From: a bacterium
GTDB lineage: Bacteria > CALINM01
Assembly (NCBI GenBank): GCA_041640455.1
Contig: JBEQAF010000012.1
Span: 740 to 35,711, forward strand
Direction: 5' to 3'
Length of the DNA stretch: 34,972 bases
The notes under the pieces are model-generated. The model was not told the origin of the DNA. It saw only the letters and a list, made by a program, of their open reading frames with translations, and searched no databases. A program made the translations under genes and the position numbers. Shown piece by piece: positions 1 to 8,664 of this stretch; position 1 is the first letter of the stretch; the number at the start of each line of letters is the position of its first letter.

Positions 1-74
1 CTAACGATCCATCTTTTCAATACAAGCTTTTTAAATTTCTCTGATTTTATTATCTCATGGGCATTCTTTGCCAT
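1..74 (-). CDS. 5' part of a probable DUF485 (YjcH-like) small membrane protein, running off the window
   Basis: Manual translation: ATG at 74 gives MAKNAHEIIKSEKFKKLVLKRWIV..., with a GGGGGTGA SD upstream. Resembles the DUF485 N-terminus (I..S.EF..LV.KR); this family usually precedes actP. Confidence 0.65.
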   Translation of the reverse strand, partial: MAKNAHEIIKSEKFKKLVLKRWIV

Positions 75-132
75 ATTCTCACCCCCTTTCTCATATTATT
101 TTTTTGTCTCCCTCCCTCCTTTTATGTTTTAA

Positions 133-162
133 AATTAACACTGTATTTTATAATAAATCAAG
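133..162 (-). promoter_or_regulatory. Putative sigma70 promoter for the DUF485 gene
   Basis: Minus strand TTGATT-N18-TAATTT with TGn before the -10. AT-rich context lowers specificity. Confidence 0.35.
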
Positions 163-450
163 CATAAAAATAGTGTTTACAATCTCTAAAGCTGTTTTAT
201 TTTTAAAATAAAAATTATTTTTTAAAAAACTTTAATTAAAAATAAATGCTTAATAGTAAAGAAAAATTTGAAGTGATATGCTGTTAAAAAATTATTTTTC
301 ATTATCTTTTAAATGTTTTTTCAAAAAAATTTTTATTCAGCTTATTAGCTTATCGATAAAACACCGTTTACTCTAAGGGTTATATATTTTGGTTACTATA
401 GGAGACTAAAAGATGTATAATATTGTCAATTCAATTAAAAAGGAGCAAAG

Positions 451-1509
451 ATGAAAAGGTTTCTAATACTAACCTTAATTTTTTTTGGTTTACTCATTTC
501 TTATCAGACACTGAGAGTTATGAATCAGCAAAAATACGTTGCAGAAGTTAATGTAAGCCAGTTTAAAGATAAACTTTTAAAGATAAAAGCACCTGATATT
601 TTTGCTGAAAAAAATGTGATAGATACCTTTAAGAATAGATATAAGGCTAATTTAAAGTTTATTTTTTCTAAAAATGATGCCGAGTTTTTTTCTAAACCAA
701 CCGAGGATGCTAACCTGGTAATATTCCCATCCTTCGCATACAGCAGTATCATTAAAAATAACTCTGTTTATCATCCCGATAATGCAAAGATCCCCAATTT
801 AGATAAACTTATGGATACTCACATATCAGAGATCCAGAAAAGCTTCTCATCAAAAACAGGTTTTCTTGCTCTGCCTGTTGCCTACATACCCTATGCCATC
901 TATTTTGATTCTCAAAAAATTAAGCCCAGTGTAAACGGAAAGGAGTATTTCAATAAAGGCTATAAAATTGCTTTATCAGACGATTTGGGATCTATGCTTG
1001 CTGTTGCAAGATTTTTAAACCTGCCTTTCAATAACAAACTTGCTGAATCACTTAAATATTATCTTAAAAAGGATAAAACAGTTTTTTTTAATATCGATAA
1101 TCTGGAAGAGGCTATTAATATTCTTAATCAGTCAAAACCCGATATAATTTTAGCTCCAACTTATCTTAAAGCATTTTTTGAGAGAAGAGTTGGTACGCTG
1201 GAAATGCTCCTGCCTGAAGAAGGCACCTATGCTACCTATTATCTTATCTCTATTATCTCCGATATGGATTTTAATCTTTCAAATGTATTTTTAAATCATA
1301 TATTAGATCCGCTGATTCAGAAAAACTATTCAGATACCTTCAATATCCCGATTACCAATAAAGTTTCACTAAATACCATGGCACCTGTTCTATATAACAG
1401 TTTAAAGATGAACGATCCTGCCTACTTTTCTAAAATGCTCATTTTAAAGGATGAAAAAGAATACGATTTAGCTGATAGTCAGTTTAAAAAACTGAAGGAG
1501 AGCTTTTAA
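451..1509 (+). CDS. Extracytoplasmic solute-binding protein, divergent PotD/PotF-like
   Basis: Hydrophobic N-terminal anchor; segments 'VIDTFKNRYK', 'KIPNLDKL', 'LPVAYIPYAIYFD', 'PEEGTY', 'FLNHILDP..QK' resemble polyamine-type SBPs; AAGGAG SD. Confidence 0.6.
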   Translation: MKRFLILTLIFFGLLISYQTLRVMNQQKYVAEVNVSQFKDKLLKIKAPDIFAEKNVIDTFKNRYKANLKFIFSKNDAEFFSKPTEDANLVIFPSFAYSSIIKNNSVYHPDNAKIPNLDKLMDTHISEIQKSFSSKTGFLALPVAYIPYAIYFDSQKIKPSVNGKEYFNKGYKIALSDDLGSMLAVARFLNLPFNNKLAESLKYYLKKDKTVFFNIDNLEEAINILNQSKPDIILAPTYLKAFFERRVGTLEMLLPEEGTYATYYLISIISDMDFNLSNVFLNHILDPLIQKNYSDTFNIPITNKVSLNTMAPVLYNSLKMNDPAYFSKMLILKDEKEYDLADSQFKKLKESF

Positions 1510-1512
1510 TCT

Positions 1513-2952
1513 TTACCTGACAAAGTTCAGCTGGTATTTATCTGTTAGAAAGCTCTGAAATCTTCTAACAACCTTGAATCCCTGCTTTAGCTTATCTTTT
1601 TCTATCTCTTTCAGCTCTTTAGGATTAATGTAATTGGAAGGATTTTCACCTTTCAGATACTGATTTAGATTATTTTTAAGTCTTAACCTCGTAAAAAAGT
1701 CAAATGATTCTTCCAGCTCAAGTAAAAAATCTTCCGAGATCACATCCTTTTCCCAGAGTTTTCTTATTTTTCCAAATGTACCTCCTTCAAGCTCTCCCAT
1801 TTCGAGGGAAAGCACCTTTATACCTTCTGTGATGGGGAATATTCCTGCCTTTTTTATATCAAACTTCCCCTTATTTTCACCTTCTGATTCTACCTTAATA
1901 TTTCCCAAAAAACCCAGCGGTGGAGAGAATCTTAGTGAGTTTTTAGCCATGTGAGCTAAAAAAAGTCTGTTTTCATCCACCATTGTCTTGATCTCATCCT
2001 TAATACTTTTTTCAAGCCCCATGTCACCATATATGGTTCTCAGGTCAGAAAACATGCTGTAGTTTAGGATATTTTCTGGCGTTGGTGTAGATATCCATTT
2101 TCTAAGAGATCTTTTCCAGTCGGACAACGAGCGCCGCCAGAAGTCCTTATTTGCCATAATGCCGCCTGGACATTCTGGTATACCGATATATATAAGCGCA
2201 TCAATAAGTTTTTCAGAAAATATTTTTATCTCCTGAATCTCATTATCACTCAGCTTATCAGAAAAGACTATGGCATTATCCTGATCTGTTTTTAAAGTCT
2301 GCTCCATCCTACCTTCGCTTCCAAGCACTAAAAAAGCAAAGCCTTCCGGCAGACTCATATAGTTCTCCTCTATGGTTAGCCTGATACATCTTAAAATAAT
2401 TGAGTCATTAACATTACTAATAAATCTTATAAGATCAGCCGTGTTAATATTAGCTTCAAGAAGATATTTTATTAATGAGGCGCTTTTTTTATTAAGCTCT
2501 TTAAGTCTATCCAGACTCCCTGCATACTCAAGATCTCTCACAAAATAAAGCGGTGTATTGGTTTGAAACTTTATAATATCCGTGTCTGTCAGAATACCAC
2601 TAATCATCCCCATCTCATCAACTACCACAATCCTGTGAATATTGTTTTTAGTCATTTTATAAATGGCTTCAAATATATAATCGTTTTCTCTGACAGTAAG
2701 AACTGGTGAGGTCATTATCTGGTGAGCAGCTATATTTTCGGGACTTAACCCCTGTGAAATTACTTTATTTCTAAAATCTCTGTCAGTAATTATTCCTATG
2801 GGATAATTGTCTTTTGCTATTATAATACCAGAGATGTTTTTTTCTTTCATTATAGTGGCTATATTTTTTATAGAAGTGGATGGATCGGCTAAAACAACTT
2901 CTTTTTTAGATATTTCACTGACGGGCTTAAATAAAAGAGACTCTTCTCTCAT
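1513..2952 (-). CDS. CBS-pair + DUF294 putative nucleotidyltransferase (with DUF294_C)
   Basis: Two CBS repeats (GIITDRD, GILTDTD), then LGSEGRMEQTLKTDQDNA (GS plus DxD), CPGGIMA and DIKKAGIFPI. Confidence 0.88.
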   Translation of the reverse strand: MREESLLFKPVSEISKKEVVLADPSTSIKNIATIMKEKNISGIIIAKDNYPIGIITDRDFRNKVISQGLSPENIAAHQIMTSPVLTVRENDYIFEAIYKMTKNNIHRIVVVDEMGMISGILTDTDIIKFQTNTPLYFVRDLEYAGSLDRLKELNKKSASLIKYLLEANINTADLIRFISNVNDSIILRCIRLTIEENYMSLPEGFAFLVLGSEGRMEQTLKTDQDNAIVFSDKLSDNEIQEIKIFSEKLIDALIYIGIPECPGGIMANKDFWRRSLSDWKRSLRKWISTPTPENILNYSMFSDLRTIYGDMGLEKSIKDEIKTMVDENRLFLAHMAKNSLRFSPPLGFLGNIKVESEGENKGKFDIKKAGIFPITEGIKVLSLEMGELEGGTFGKIRKLWEKDVISEDFLLELEESFDFFTRLRLKNNLNQYLKGENPSNYINPKELKEIEKDKLKQGFKVVRRFQSFLTDKYQLNFVR

Positions 2953-2968
2953 TAATTAAGATTATAAT

Positions 2969-2999
2969 AAAAAAGGGCGTGCATTGCACGCCCCTTTTT
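2969..2999 (-). terminator. Intrinsic terminator after the symporter gene (potentially bidirectional)
   Basis: AAAAAA-GGGCGTGCA-T-TGCACGCCC-C-TTTTT: GC-rich inverted repeat with A/T tracts on both sides, 4 nt after the stop. Confidence 0.8.
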
Positions 3000-3003
3000 A
3001 ATC

Positions 3004-4659
3004 CTAATGGAATTCATCAAACTCATCGGTAAGCTTAACAGGATATCTGCAATGGTCAACAAGCTCCATAATCTTCTGCGATGGCGGAGGTGTAAAATTG
3101 GAAATAATATAACATGCGAGGAAGTTAAATATAAGACCAAACAATCCTGCACCCTGGTCTTTTATCCCCATAATCGGGTTTAACTTCATAGGCCAGCCAA
3201 ACTTTACACCCAGAATATACCATAGGGTAATTAACAAACCGCCTGCCATCCCGATTATAGCACCATACTTGTTTGTTCTCTTATAGAAGATACCCATTAC
3301 AATTACAGGGAAGAATGTAGCGGCTGCGAGTGAGAATGCCCATGCAACAATCTGTACGATGAAACCAATGTTCTGTGCAGCGAAAAATCCAGCAACAACA
3401 GCAAATACACCGATAAGTGATTTACCTAACACAACACGTTGTTTCTCAGTAGCTTTCGGATTTATCATACGGAAATACAGATCATGGGATATGGCAGATG
3501 CTATAACCATAAGAAGCCCGTCTGCTGTTGAGATAGCAGCTGAAAGACCACCAGCGGCAACAAGTGCTGAGACTATGTAAGGAAGCTGCGCAATCTCTGG
3601 CATGGATAGCACTACAACATCTCTATGGATATTAAGCTCTGCAAACTGAAGTATACCATCTGCGTTAGCATCCTTAACTGTAATAAGGCCAGCTTTACCC
3701 CATGCAGTTACCCATTCAGGCAATGCGGCTATCTGTTTTCCAACTACTTCATATAATATGGTATATTTCTGAAAAGCGGCGTATGCAGGGGCTGTAATAT
3801 AAAGAGCACCTATGCAGATAAGTGCGTAACCAGAGGAATAACGGGCATCACGCACAGTTGGTGTTGTAAAATATCTCATCATAATGTGAGGAAGTCCTGC
3901 TGTACCTATCATAAGAATAAGTGTAAGAACCCACATGTCTGATGATGTAAGCTTTGTAAATGGCTCAATATAGAGAGGTTTGATACCCAGCTCCTGCTCT
4001 TTTGCAACTATCTTATAAAGAAGATCTCCATATGCCAGCTGTGGAAGCGGGTGTCCGTACATTTTTAAACACAATGCTGTCACAGGTATTAAATAAGCAA
4101 TAATAAGAACGATATACTGAGCGCACTGTGTCCATGTAATACTTTTCATACCGCCCATAACTGTAGATACAACAACTATAACTATACCGATAGCTATAGC
4201 CACATTCATGGAGAATCCCATCAGACGAGCCATGATTATTCCTGCACCAGCTACCTGAGCTATACAATAAACAAGACTGATTGTAATAGCGCAGAAAATA
4301 GCAACTGTTCTTGCTACATGGCTTTCATATCTGTCGCCCACAAAGTCTGCAGCTGTATATTTACCAAATTTCCTAAGATAGGGCGCTAAAACAAGGGTTA
4401 AAAGAACGTAACCGCCTGTCCATCCCATAATATAAGCAAGGCCATCATAACCAAGAGCAGCTATGGCGCCTGCCATACTAATAAATGAAGCCGCGCTCAT
4501 CCAGTCTGCACCTATTGCCATACCGTTCCATATGGGGTTAATTCTTCTTCCAGCAACATAAAAGTCATCTGTTCTGGTTGCTCTTGTGGAATATGCTATA
4601 TACAAGAACAGAACAAAAACTCCAAAAACTACTATATAACCTATCATCTGATTACTCAT
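3004..4659 (-). CDS. actP: Sodium:solute symporter, ActP/VC_2705-like (cation/acetate or monocarboxylate)
   Basis: NGMAIGADWMSAASF, GGMKSITWTQ, GTAGLPHIMMRYFT, GGLSAAISTADGLL; many TM segments. Start moved to ATG 4659 behind a GGGAGGTG SD. Confidence 0.85.
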   Translation of the reverse strand: MSNQMIGYIVVFGVFVLFLYIAYSTRATRTDDFYVAGRRINPIWNGMAIGADWMSAASFISMAGAIAALGYDGLAYIMGWTGGYVLLTLVLAPYLRKFGKYTAADFVGDRYESHVARTVAIFCAITISLVYCIAQVAGAGIIMARLMGFSMNVAIAIGIVIVVVSTVMGGMKSITWTQCAQYIVLIIAYLIPVTALCLKMYGHPLPQLAYGDLLYKIVAKEQELGIKPLYIEPFTKLTSSDMWVLTLILMIGTAGLPHIMMRYFTTPTVRDARYSSGYALICIGALYITAPAYAAFQKYTILYEVVGKQIAALPEWVTAWGKAGLITVKDANADGILQFAELNIHRDVVVLSMPEIAQLPYIVSALVAAGGLSAAISTADGLLMVIASAISHDLYFRMINPKATEKQRVVLGKSLIGVFAVVAGFFAAQNIGFIVQIVAWAFSLAAATFFPVIVMGIFYKRTNKYGAIIGMAGGLLITLWYILGVKFGWPMKLNPIMGIKDQGAGLFGLIFNFLACYIISNFTPPPSQKIMELVDHCRYPVKLTDEFDEFH

Positions 4660-4685
4660 AAAAAATATCACCTCCCTTTTTTAAA

Positions 4686-4964
4686 TTATTCAGCGAAACC
4701 GTACTTCTTGTCCAGATTATCCATATACTTGGAGTAAAAGAAGATCTCGGCGATAAAAACAAGTATGGAGCCCTGCGCACCCATATAGTAGCCCAGAGGG
4801 AAACCGAGGAAGCTGATCTCGTTCAATCCCCTAACTACCATTATTCCACCCAGTGAAACGATAAACCAGATAATAACAAGCACAACAATAATCTGCACAT
4901 TCTTTTTGTGATACTCCTCTAACCTCCTTTTAAAATCCTCTTTTTCTTGTGGTGTCATTGTCAT
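4686..4964 (-). CDS. DUF4212 small symporter-associated membrane protein
   Basis: Two TM segments with GFPLGYYMGAQGS and MDNLDKKYG. Start moved to ATG 4964 behind an AAGGAGGTG SD. Confidence 0.88.
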   Translation of the reverse strand: MTMTPQEKEDFKRRLEEYHKKNVQIIVVLVIIWFIVSLGGIMVVRGLNEISFLGFPLGYYMGAQGSILVFIAEIFFYSKYMDNLDKKYGFAE

Positions 4965-5084
4965 ACTTTTCACCTCCTTTTTTCTCACCCCCTAAGGGGG
5001 CTTTTTTACTTTTCTCCTTCTTTTTCCCTGATGTCCCTCCAATAAAAAAAATAAAACAAATTAATATTTTTTCAAGTTAAGTAT

Positions 5085-5113
5085 AATCTAAAATAATGTT
5101 TTATAATTGTCAA
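5085..5113 (-). promoter_or_regulatory. Putative sigma70 promoter for DUF4212-actP
   Basis: Minus strand TTGACA-N17-TAGATT. Confidence 0.6.
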
Positions 5114-5317
5114 ATAGAAAATGTTATAAAATTTTGTGAAAATATTAACTTTAATAATATCATTTACTTAAAAACCATTAAGCTATGATTTTTTTAAAAT
5201 TATTAGTTAAAAATATTTTTTTATAAAACAATTTTTTACAATTTTTAAAAAAAACTGTTTTAATAAATGTCATAAAAAATTGTGGCTGAAAAAATTGCCT
5301 TGTGATTTAATGTTTTT

Positions 5318-6259
5318 ATGAAATGCAGAATATGTAAAAGCAAAGCGGATGTTGAGCTCCGTGCTCATAACATAGCCTTATGCAAAGATGACTTTATTGC
5401 TTTTTTTGAGAGGCAGGTTCAGAGAAACATTAAAAAATTTGGTCTCCTCCAAAATCAGAATGAACCTGTAGCTGTAGCTGTTTCGGGCGGTAAAGACAGT
5501 CTTAGCCTGCTATACCTTTTAAAAAAGCTATCCTATCAGCTAAGCGGCATTTATATAAACCTCGGAATTGATAATTATTCTGATATTTCTCAGGAAAAGT
5601 GCAGAATCTTTTCTGAAAAGTTTAATATACCCATATATACATTTTCGCTATCAGATTTTCTCAAAAAAAATATCTATGAAATATCAAAAACATTAAAAAG
5701 ACCTGTCTGCTCGGTATGTGGAAATATAAAAAGATATATTATGAACCGTTTTTGTTTAGAGATGGGCTTTAGTGCTCTTGCAACAGGGCATAATCTGGAT
5801 GACGAGTCTGCCACCCTTATGGGTAATATTTTTAATTTTAATAGCAATTATCTCGGGAAGGAGTTTTTATCTCTTCCTTCAAGACTAAAAACTGTAAAAA
5901 AAATTAAACCCTTTGGTCTTACCTCAGAAAGAGAAGTTGCTATATATGCCTTTTTCAATAAGATTGACTACATTTATGAAGAGTGCCCCCATTCAAAGGG
6001 CGCAACATCATTAAAATACAAAGAGGCAATTAATCTGATTGAAGAGTTTAGCCCTGGCACCAAACTGAAATTTGTAAAAAATTATCTGAAAAATATCAAT
6101 ATTTTTAGTAAAAATCCAGATAATCTTATAGAAGATAGACTCTGCAGGCTTTGTGGTTTTTTGACAACACAGGAGGTGTGCAGTTTCTGCAATATATTAA
6201 CAAGGCTGGGAGTTTCTGACCGACTCTCTGATATTAGAGATTATTTTGTCAAGCTCTGA
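5318..6259 (+). CDS. ttuA: tRNA 2-thiolation protein, TtuA/TIGR00269 family
   Basis: N-terminal CxxC, PP-loop SGGKDS, CSVCG, GHNLDD, ECPH, C-terminal CxxC...CxxC zinc finger. Confidence 0.85.
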   Translation: MKCRICKSKADVELRAHNIALCKDDFIAFFERQVQRNIKKFGLLQNQNEPVAVAVSGGKDSLSLLYLLKKLSYQLSGIYINLGIDNYSDISQEKCRIFSEKFNIPIYTFSLSDFLKKNIYEISKTLKRPVCSVCGNIKRYIMNRFCLEMGFSALATGHNLDDESATLMGNIFNFNSNYLGKEFLSLPSRLKTVKKIKPFGLTSEREVAIYAFFNKIDYIYEECPHSKGATSLKYKEAINLIEEFSPGTKLKFVKNYLKNINIFSKNPDNLIEDRLCRLCGFLTTQEVCSFCNILTRLGVSDRLSDIRDYFVKL

Positions 6260-6814
6260 TTTTAACTTTTTTAGATCCTTTTCTGTATGCACCACAAAAT
6301 GACTTTTTTTTACCTTCTCATGAATGGGTATCTGGTTTTTCAGTCTCAACATAAACTCTTCTCTGCTCAGCTTATCCCTTTTTTTGACCCTCTCAAAGAG
6401 TGTGTCTTCCTCCGCATAGGCAAGAATGATAAAATCAACTGTATCTTCCATTTTTGCTTCAAAAAGAAGCGGTATGTCAAGCACAACCAGATCAAAGCCC
6501 TGTTTCTCAAGCTCTATTATTTTTTTTTCAAAAGCTTTCTTCACCTCTGGATGTATAAGTGACTCAAGAAATAACCTCTTTTCCCTGTCATTAAAGACTA
6601 TTTTTGCTAACGCCTTTCTATCTATCTCTTCATTGCTGTCCAGGATCTGTTTACCAAAAAACCTTACAACTTTTTCATAAACCTCACTACCTTTATCGGT
6701 CAGCTCCCTGCTTATCTCATCGGCATCTAAGACAGGTATCCCCAAATCTTTCATAATCTTTGCCAGTGTTGATTTTCCGCTTCCTATAACACCGGTTATA
6801 GCTATCCTAATCAA
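6197..6814 (-). CDS. coaE: Dephospho-CoA kinase
   Basis: ITGVIGSGKST, DADEI, IDRKALA, LESLIHP, DIPLLFE. Confidence 0.95.
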   Translation of the reverse strand: MIRIAITGVIGSGKSTLAKIMKDLGIPVLDADEISRELTDKGSEVYEKVVRFFGKQILDSNEEIDRKALAKIVFNDREKRLFLESLIHPEVKKAFEKKIIELEKQGFDLVVLDIPLLFEAKMEDTVDFIILAYAEEDTLFERVKKRDKLSREEFMLRLKNQIPIHEKVKKSHFVVHTEKDLKKLKSELDKIISNIRESVRNSQPC

Positions 6815-7547
6815 CCCTATACCCTCTTCTTGTAACTAACTTACCATCAATAATATCTGTAAACTCATTGCCAACTATAACCAGCGTGCTCATATCAAAG
6901 CTATCGGATGGCAGGTCAAATATTCTCCCCATGCCTATCTCTTCATTCTTTTTGCCACCTCTTTTGACATATCCGCCCAGATAGGTCTCCCGCTCCTCAA
7001 GTATAATATCCCAGAGCCTTTCAAAAAATTCTCTTCTCCCCCTGCTTACAGGATTATAGATAACTATCACAAAACCACTATCAAGAAGCCCTCTAAGCCT
7101 TTTCTCAATCAGCCGCTCTTCAGTAAGAAGATTTGAAAAGCTTATAACACCAAAATCATTCATAAGCGGAGCTCCCAGTCTACTGGCACAGATTGCAAGT
7201 GCAGGAATTCCAGGTATTATCTCATAGTTTATTAGAATATCCTTTTTTTCAACCAGCTCTATAAAGAGCCCTGCCATCCCATATATTCCAGCATCTCCTG
7301 AGCAGATCAGACTGACAGTTTTACCCTGGAGGGCAAACTCAATAACCTTTTCCACCCGTTCCATCTCCTGCTTCATGGCAGTATGATAGTAATTTTTTTC
7401 GGGTAACAGCTCTTTTATCTCGCTAATATAACCCTTATAGCCTGCTATAATATCAGAATTTTCCAGTGCACATTGGGCATCATAACTAAGAGTGCCTTTA
7501 TTTAATGCCCCACATCCTACTATAAAGACCTTTCCTTTGCTATGCAT
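6807..7547 (-). CDS. cbiH: Precorrin-3B/cobalt-precorrin-3 C17-methyltransferase (CbiH/CobJ)
   Basis: SGDAGIYGMA, IIPGIPA, GAPLMNDF, YNPVS, DMSTLVIVGN, TRRGY. Confidence 0.9.
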   Translation of the reverse strand: MHSKGKVFIVGCGALNKGTLSYDAQCALENSDIIAGYKGYISEIKELLPEKNYYHTAMKQEMERVEKVIEFALQGKTVSLICSGDAGIYGMAGLFIELVEKKDILINYEIIPGIPALAICASRLGAPLMNDFGVISFSNLLTEERLIEKRLRGLLDSGFVIVIYNPVSRGRREFFERLWDIILEERETYLGGYVKRGGKKNEEIGMGRIFDLPSDSFDMSTLVIVGNEFTDIIDGKLVTRRGYRVD

Positions 7548-8527
7548 AAAGTTATCTTCCCTCCCTTTACCTTTGGCAATAAAATTTCTCCGCCTCTGCT
7601 CGCTAAAAAGGCACAGGACTCGGAAACATTTCCCACATTATGATATTTTAGAACTACAGGGCTACTATTTAACCAGGACAGACTGCTTATCTCCTTTTCT
7701 GAAAAATACAGGGGTTCTGCCTTAAGAATTTTAGCAAGATTTCTAAACCCTTCCTCTTCAGTTCTTTTGTCTAAGGTTGCTAACTTTGATATAGACTCGA
7801 TCCAGAGAGACTCTTTTTTAAAAACTGATTTTACAAAATCAAGCAGTTCCTTTTCCTTTAGTCCCCGATGAAATCCCATGCCTAACACTAATTTTTTGGG
7901 GATAAGATGAAGAACATTATCGCCTATCTTTCTCACGCCCACATATATTTTAGGTAGTCTTGATGATCTAAACTCTTCAATATTCTCAAAAATTTTAAAA
8001 GGTTCCTGTGAAAAGAAATCATAGCTTTCACCTGACTCCTGATAAAGGGCTATTTTTTTTCCATTCAGAATGGCAGCGGCTATCTTTTTAAAAGCATCTC
8101 TATCAGAGATAATAAGCCTGTGTTTTTTTGCAAAAACATCAATGGATGGTAGATTATTTACATCTGTAGCGGTGGTAATTACAGGTGTTGCGCCAATTTT
8201 CTCTGCAAGATAGTTAGCAAGCTCATTGGCTCCCCCCAGATGACCTGAAAGCAGGCTGATTACAAATCGCCCTCTCTCGTCTATTACCACAACTGCTGGA
8301 TCTTTTGTCTTATCTTTTATAAAGGGAGCTATTGCTCTCACCACGATCCCGGTTGCCATGATAGCTATTATGGAACTGTAATTTTTGAATGCCTGCTCAA
8401 ATACCTGAAAAAGCTTACCGCTCTCTAGCTTAATCATGTCCAGAGTTATTGGGGATTTTTCTTTTATAGTTTCAACTATTTTTTTCCCCTCCCTGGTCAC
8501 ATAAATAGCTATAGACTTACCTCCCAT
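7520..8527 (-). CDS. cbiG: Cobalt-precorrin-5A hydrolase
   Basis: MATGIVVR, KTKDPAVVVIDE, SLLSGHLGGAN, PVITTATD, VSESCA. Confidence 0.93.
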   Translation of the reverse strand: MGGKSIAIYVTREGKKIVETIKEKSPITLDMIKLESGKLFQVFEQAFKNYSSIIAIMATGIVVRAIAPFIKDKTKDPAVVVIDERGRFVISLLSGHLGGANELANYLAEKIGATPVITTATDVNNLPSIDVFAKKHRLIISDRDAFKKIAAAILNGKKIALYQESGESYDFFSQEPFKIFENIEEFRSSRLPKIYVGVRKIGDNVLHLIPKKLVLGMGFHRGLKEKELLDFVKSVFKKESLWIESISKLATLDKRTEEEGFRNLAKILKAEPLYFSEKEISSLSWLNSSPVVLKYHNVGNVSESCAFLASRGGEILLPKVKGGKITLCIAKERSL

Positions 8528-8535
8528 GAAGTTAT

Positions 8536-8565
8536 AGTATAACCTATACTTTAAGATAGTTGCAA
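8536..8565 (-). promoter_or_regulatory. Putative sigma70 promoter for cbiG-cbiH-coaE (leaderless-type spacing)
   Basis: TTGCAA-N18-TATACT, with the -10 ending 8 nt before the ATG; no SD. Confidence 0.5.
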
Positions 8566-8630
8566 AAGATTTGAATAGAAAATATTTTAATTTAAACCAT
8601 ATACATTTTTTTCATGCTTTGATTAATCAG

Positions 8631-8658
8631 GCTGCTTCCAGTGCAGACTGGAAGCAGC
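8631..8658 (-). terminator. 12-bp perfect stem-loop after fadL (terminator or 3' stabilising hairpin)
   Basis: GCTGCTTCCAGT-GCAG-ACTGGAAGCAGC, 6 nt after the stop; no U-tract. Confidence 0.55.
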
Positions 8659-8664
8659 GTAATT

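Noticed and set aside
2952..3152. 66-aa minus-strand ORF from the track
   Set aside because: Out-of-frame overlap with actP, crossing the terminator; no recognisable motif.
5114..5300. Recurring TGTTTTATAAAACA-like words and A/T palindromes
   Set aside because: The region is so AT-rich that chance matches cannot be excluded by eye.
5318..6259. ttuA as proof of thermophily
   Set aside because: TtuA-like proteins also occur in mesophiles; suggestive only.
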